A stretch of DNA of 64,000 nt from a virus. Location of the stretch: positions 1-64,000 of IMG/VR virus record IMGVR_UViG_3300045988_160931; one strand, 5' to 3'. Each line of letters opens with the position of its first letter. The stretch's first letter is position 1. The position numbers and the translations under genes were made by a program. Positions 61,642 to 64,000 of the stretch are shown here, in pieces. Below the pieces are notes generated by a model. It saw only the letters and a program-made list of their open reading frames with translations. It made no database searches and was not told the origin of the DNA.

Positions 61642-64000
61642 TCACCCCCTAATCAGTACCTTGATGTGTGTATCATCTATCCGGGATAGTACCCGATAGC
61701 CAACCCGTCCATCAGACCGTGTGGCGATACCGCCGGTTGTCGGGATGCAGTAATCATTGGGTCTGCAAGTGCCGTCATCAATGACGATGAGTTTGCCCAT
61801 CATGCCTACAGCAGACCATTCCTGCCGCTCCGAGCGTGGCACATACTGCTTGTCCGGGTCGTAGTCCGGATTGAGTACCCAGACCTTACGAGTTGTTCCG
61901 TCCTCATCCGTGTAGTCCTCCGTCAGTAGCTCACCGTAGATATCGGTTAGGTATTGTCCCTGCCACTGATCTTCGTAACTATCACCAACTACGGACGGAT
62001 TGCCGGATACAATGCCTAGAATATCATCATCTATGGATTTAGCAAGCAGTATCTTTTCACCGTCCAATTTCACGAAACGTCCACGTCTGTCCTCACCATC
62101 CGGATTCCCGTCCATCCACTCGAAATACTCTGCATAGTCAGCGCCGGAACTGTGATAAGAACCGGAAGAGTACACACCAGCGGCAGCAGCACGGAAAGCG
62201 TTTGCCCTGGCAGATTCTGTGCCGTTACCCAGACTCAGATATGGTCCTGAAAAACTATATCCGTTATAAGCACCGAAAGCAGCACATGATGCAGTTGCAA
62301 CAGTTATGTGATTTCCATAGCCGATTGACTGATTAGACGATTTCTGAACTTCTGTATACCAGCCACCACTTAGAGACGCATTCGCCTTGCACGTATTATA
62401 GTTACCAAGCGATAATCCACCTTGTGCATCTGCTGTGACTTGGTTTCCGCTGCCGAGAGCGATATTAGCTATACCAGCAACAATGTTATCCTGACCCATT
62501 GCAGCACACTGATTTCCTTGTACCGTGTTTCTCCATCCAGACACAAATATACAGTTTCCATTAAACGCCTTGTTCTGCGAGCCAATCACAAATTGCCAGT
62601 CACCGCCACCAGCTTGGTTGTTATCAATATCATGGAAAATATAATCCTTAGAGCTGCCAGTCACAGTTTCGTTGTTGAACGTGTAACTCTTCCCGGCAGT
62701 TGTCCTACCTAACACGCCGATTTCATCCAGAGACCATGAGACGTTAGCTGCGCCGTTAAATGATTTGCCTGTATTGCCGATGGTGAGGGTACGGGCTGTA
62801 TTCAATTTTGTGGCACTGGCTACGTTACTGGTCAGAAACGCCTGGTCATAGTAGGCTGTGTCAGCACCTGTGCCTTCTGGCTCATCAGACTGTATCAGCG
62901 GCTGAGGTGTCCAGGACTTGTATTTGCCATATACGGCATAATTTCCGTTCCAGTACGTCCACGGCAGATATACCCAGACTGTATAAGTGTCGTGTGCTGT
63001 AGGTATCACTTTGACCTTGACACTACTACAGTTGATACGATATACTGTAACGGCACACGCTTTTGTCGCCGACTCTGTGGATTGCCATCCATCCTTGATC
63101 TGAACTTCAAAAGATGAGTTTTGGTTCGCACGACCATTTGCTCCATCGCCGCTCCATACACGTATCATGGCATTGCTGAAATTACCGGAGGATACCAGCG
63201 TGCCTAGCTTAACCCATTTTGCAGTGTTGTTGGCACCGTTTACCAAAAGAGCACTGTTTGTTATCATCGCATGTGTATGACCAGATGCCGACTTGCTGTC
63301 CAGTTCGGCTTTTACAGCTTTGTTCTGCACCGGATTTGTGGAGGTAGCAGACAAGGCACTGTCTACCGCAACCTTGGTTGCACCAGCAGCGATACCGTCC
63401 AGTTTTTTCTTATCCGCCGCAGTCATCAGACCATGTGCAGACTGTGTGGCATCGCCATAGGTGGTATCAGTGAATTTCGCATTCGCAGGTACATCTGAAT
63501 TGACGGAATGGGATATAGGCGTAGCAACACCATTCGCCGCAACGTAAACAGGCTTTGTAGCAGAGCCCACCGCAGTATTTGCACTATGTGTTACAGCCGT
63601 GGACTTGTCTTGCTTACCGGAAATGTCTTGATGTGCTGTGATAACCGTACCCAGATCAACTACGCCGCTAGTACCCTTGCTTGCACCATTCATTTTGATG
63701 CCTGTGATAGTACCAATGTTGGATGTTTTAGCATTCCATAACGCTTTTTCTCCGGTGGTTACCAACGATACATCCGTACCGCCACTGACTGCTGCTTTGC
63801 TGGTGTACGTTGTGTCTTTTGCGCTGATTGTATTACCGCTGATCGAGATGTTTGTGCCTGCGGTCAGCTTGTCTTGCTTGCCGCTGATATCCGGAATGTC
63901 CGAAGTTAATGCTATTGTCCCACTTTTTCCCGCCGGCAAAACATAGTAATAATGCTGAGTGCCATAGGAGTTATTGGGGTCTGGTGTTATGGTATATTGG
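61642..64000 (-). CDS. tail fibre with a C-terminal peptidase-G2-like autoprocessing domain (5' end outside the window)
   Basis: The frame is open to the window edge. Repeated ISGKQDK motifs; ADYAEYFEWMDGNPDGEDRRGRFV near the C-terminus; markedly GC-rich. Confidence 0.85.
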   Translation of the reverse strand, partial: QYTITPDPNNSYGTQHYYYVLPAGKSGTIALTSDIPDISGKQDKLTAGTNISISGNTISAKDTTYTSKAAVSGGTDVSLVTTGEKALWNAKTSNIGTITGIKMNGASKGTSGVVDLGTVITAHQDISGKQDKSTAVTHSANTAVGSATKPVYVAANGVATPISHSVNSDVPANAKFTDTTYGDATQSAHGLMTAADKKKLDGIAAGATKVAVDSALSATSTNPVQNKAVKAELDSKSASGHTHAMITNSALLVNGANNTAKWVKLGTLVSSGNFSNAMIRVWSGDGANGRANQNSSFEVQIKDGWQSTESATKACAVTVYRINCSSVKVKVIPTAHDTYTVWVYLPWTYWNGNYAVYGKYKSWTPQPLIQSDEPEGTGADTAYYDQAFLTSNVASATKLNTARTLTIGNTGKSFNGAANVSWSLDEIGVLGRTTAGKSYTFNNETVTGSSKDYIFHDIDNNQAGGGDWQFVIGSQNKAFNGNCIFVSGWRNTVQGNQCAAMGQDNIVAGIANIALGSGNQVTADAQGGLSLGNYNTCKANASLSGGWYTEVQKSSNQSIGYGNHITVATASCAAFGAYNGYSFSGPYLSLGNGTESARANAFRAAAAGVYSSGSYHSSGADYAEYFEWMDGNPDGEDRRGRFVKLDGEKILLAKSIDDDILGIVSGNPSVVGDSYEDQWQGQYLTDIYGELLTEDYTDEDGTTRKVWVLNPDYDPDKQYVPRSERQEWSAVGMMGKLIVIDDGTCRPNDYCIPTTGGIATRSDGRVGYRVLSRIDDTHIKVLIRG

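Noticed and set aside
61642-64000. Diversity-generating retroelement targeting the tail fibre
   Set aside because: The window contains no reverse transcriptase gene and no template-repeat copy of the fibre C-terminus.

Overview
This AT-rich window (about 32% GC on the lines I hand-counted) looks like one large temperate phage or prophage of a Firmicutes-type host; I see no clear host genes. Roughly 90 tightly packed plus-strand genes fall into three blocks. (i) An early/regulatory region (0-13 kb) holds a divergent LytTR-type regulator, four antirepressor-type proteins (ORF6N, Bro-N, AntA/KilAC, Rha), a replisome organizer, a second small tyrosine recombinase and a phage sigma factor. (ii) A block of small zinc-ribbon, YopX and Lar-like proteins spans 13-24 kb. 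(iii) A replication, recombination and nucleotide-metabolism module (24-54 kb) holds: cysteine desulfurase, SSB-like protein, Sak4-like ATPase, DnaB, primase, C5-MTase, PAPS-reductase-like protein, PD-(D/E)XK nuclease, a frameshifted N6/N4-MTase, an intron-split DnaE, a RecD-like helicase, NrdD/NrdG, Dut, ThyX and RNA ligase. Next come a tyrosine integrase and an attP-like site that carries a tRNA 3' fragment flanked by arm-type repeats. The lysis and tail-fibre genes (57-64 kb) converge on it from the minus strand. The observations I rate highest: a strand-specific array of ten exact ACGGAAAAT 9-mers confined to 2.1-5.6 kb next to the LytTR regulator; a three-copy bipartite promoter motif (TTTAG-N16-CGTATTATA) that may form the regulon of the phage sigma factor; recurrent apparent ATA start codons; a G6-tract frameshift in a methyltransferase; a group I intron with a LAGLIDADG endonuclease in dnaE; a Panacea-domain gene pair; a possible sulfur/nucleoside modification gene set; and a GC-rich tail-fibre island. 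All functional calls rest on motifs I recognised by eye in the translations. No database search was run.
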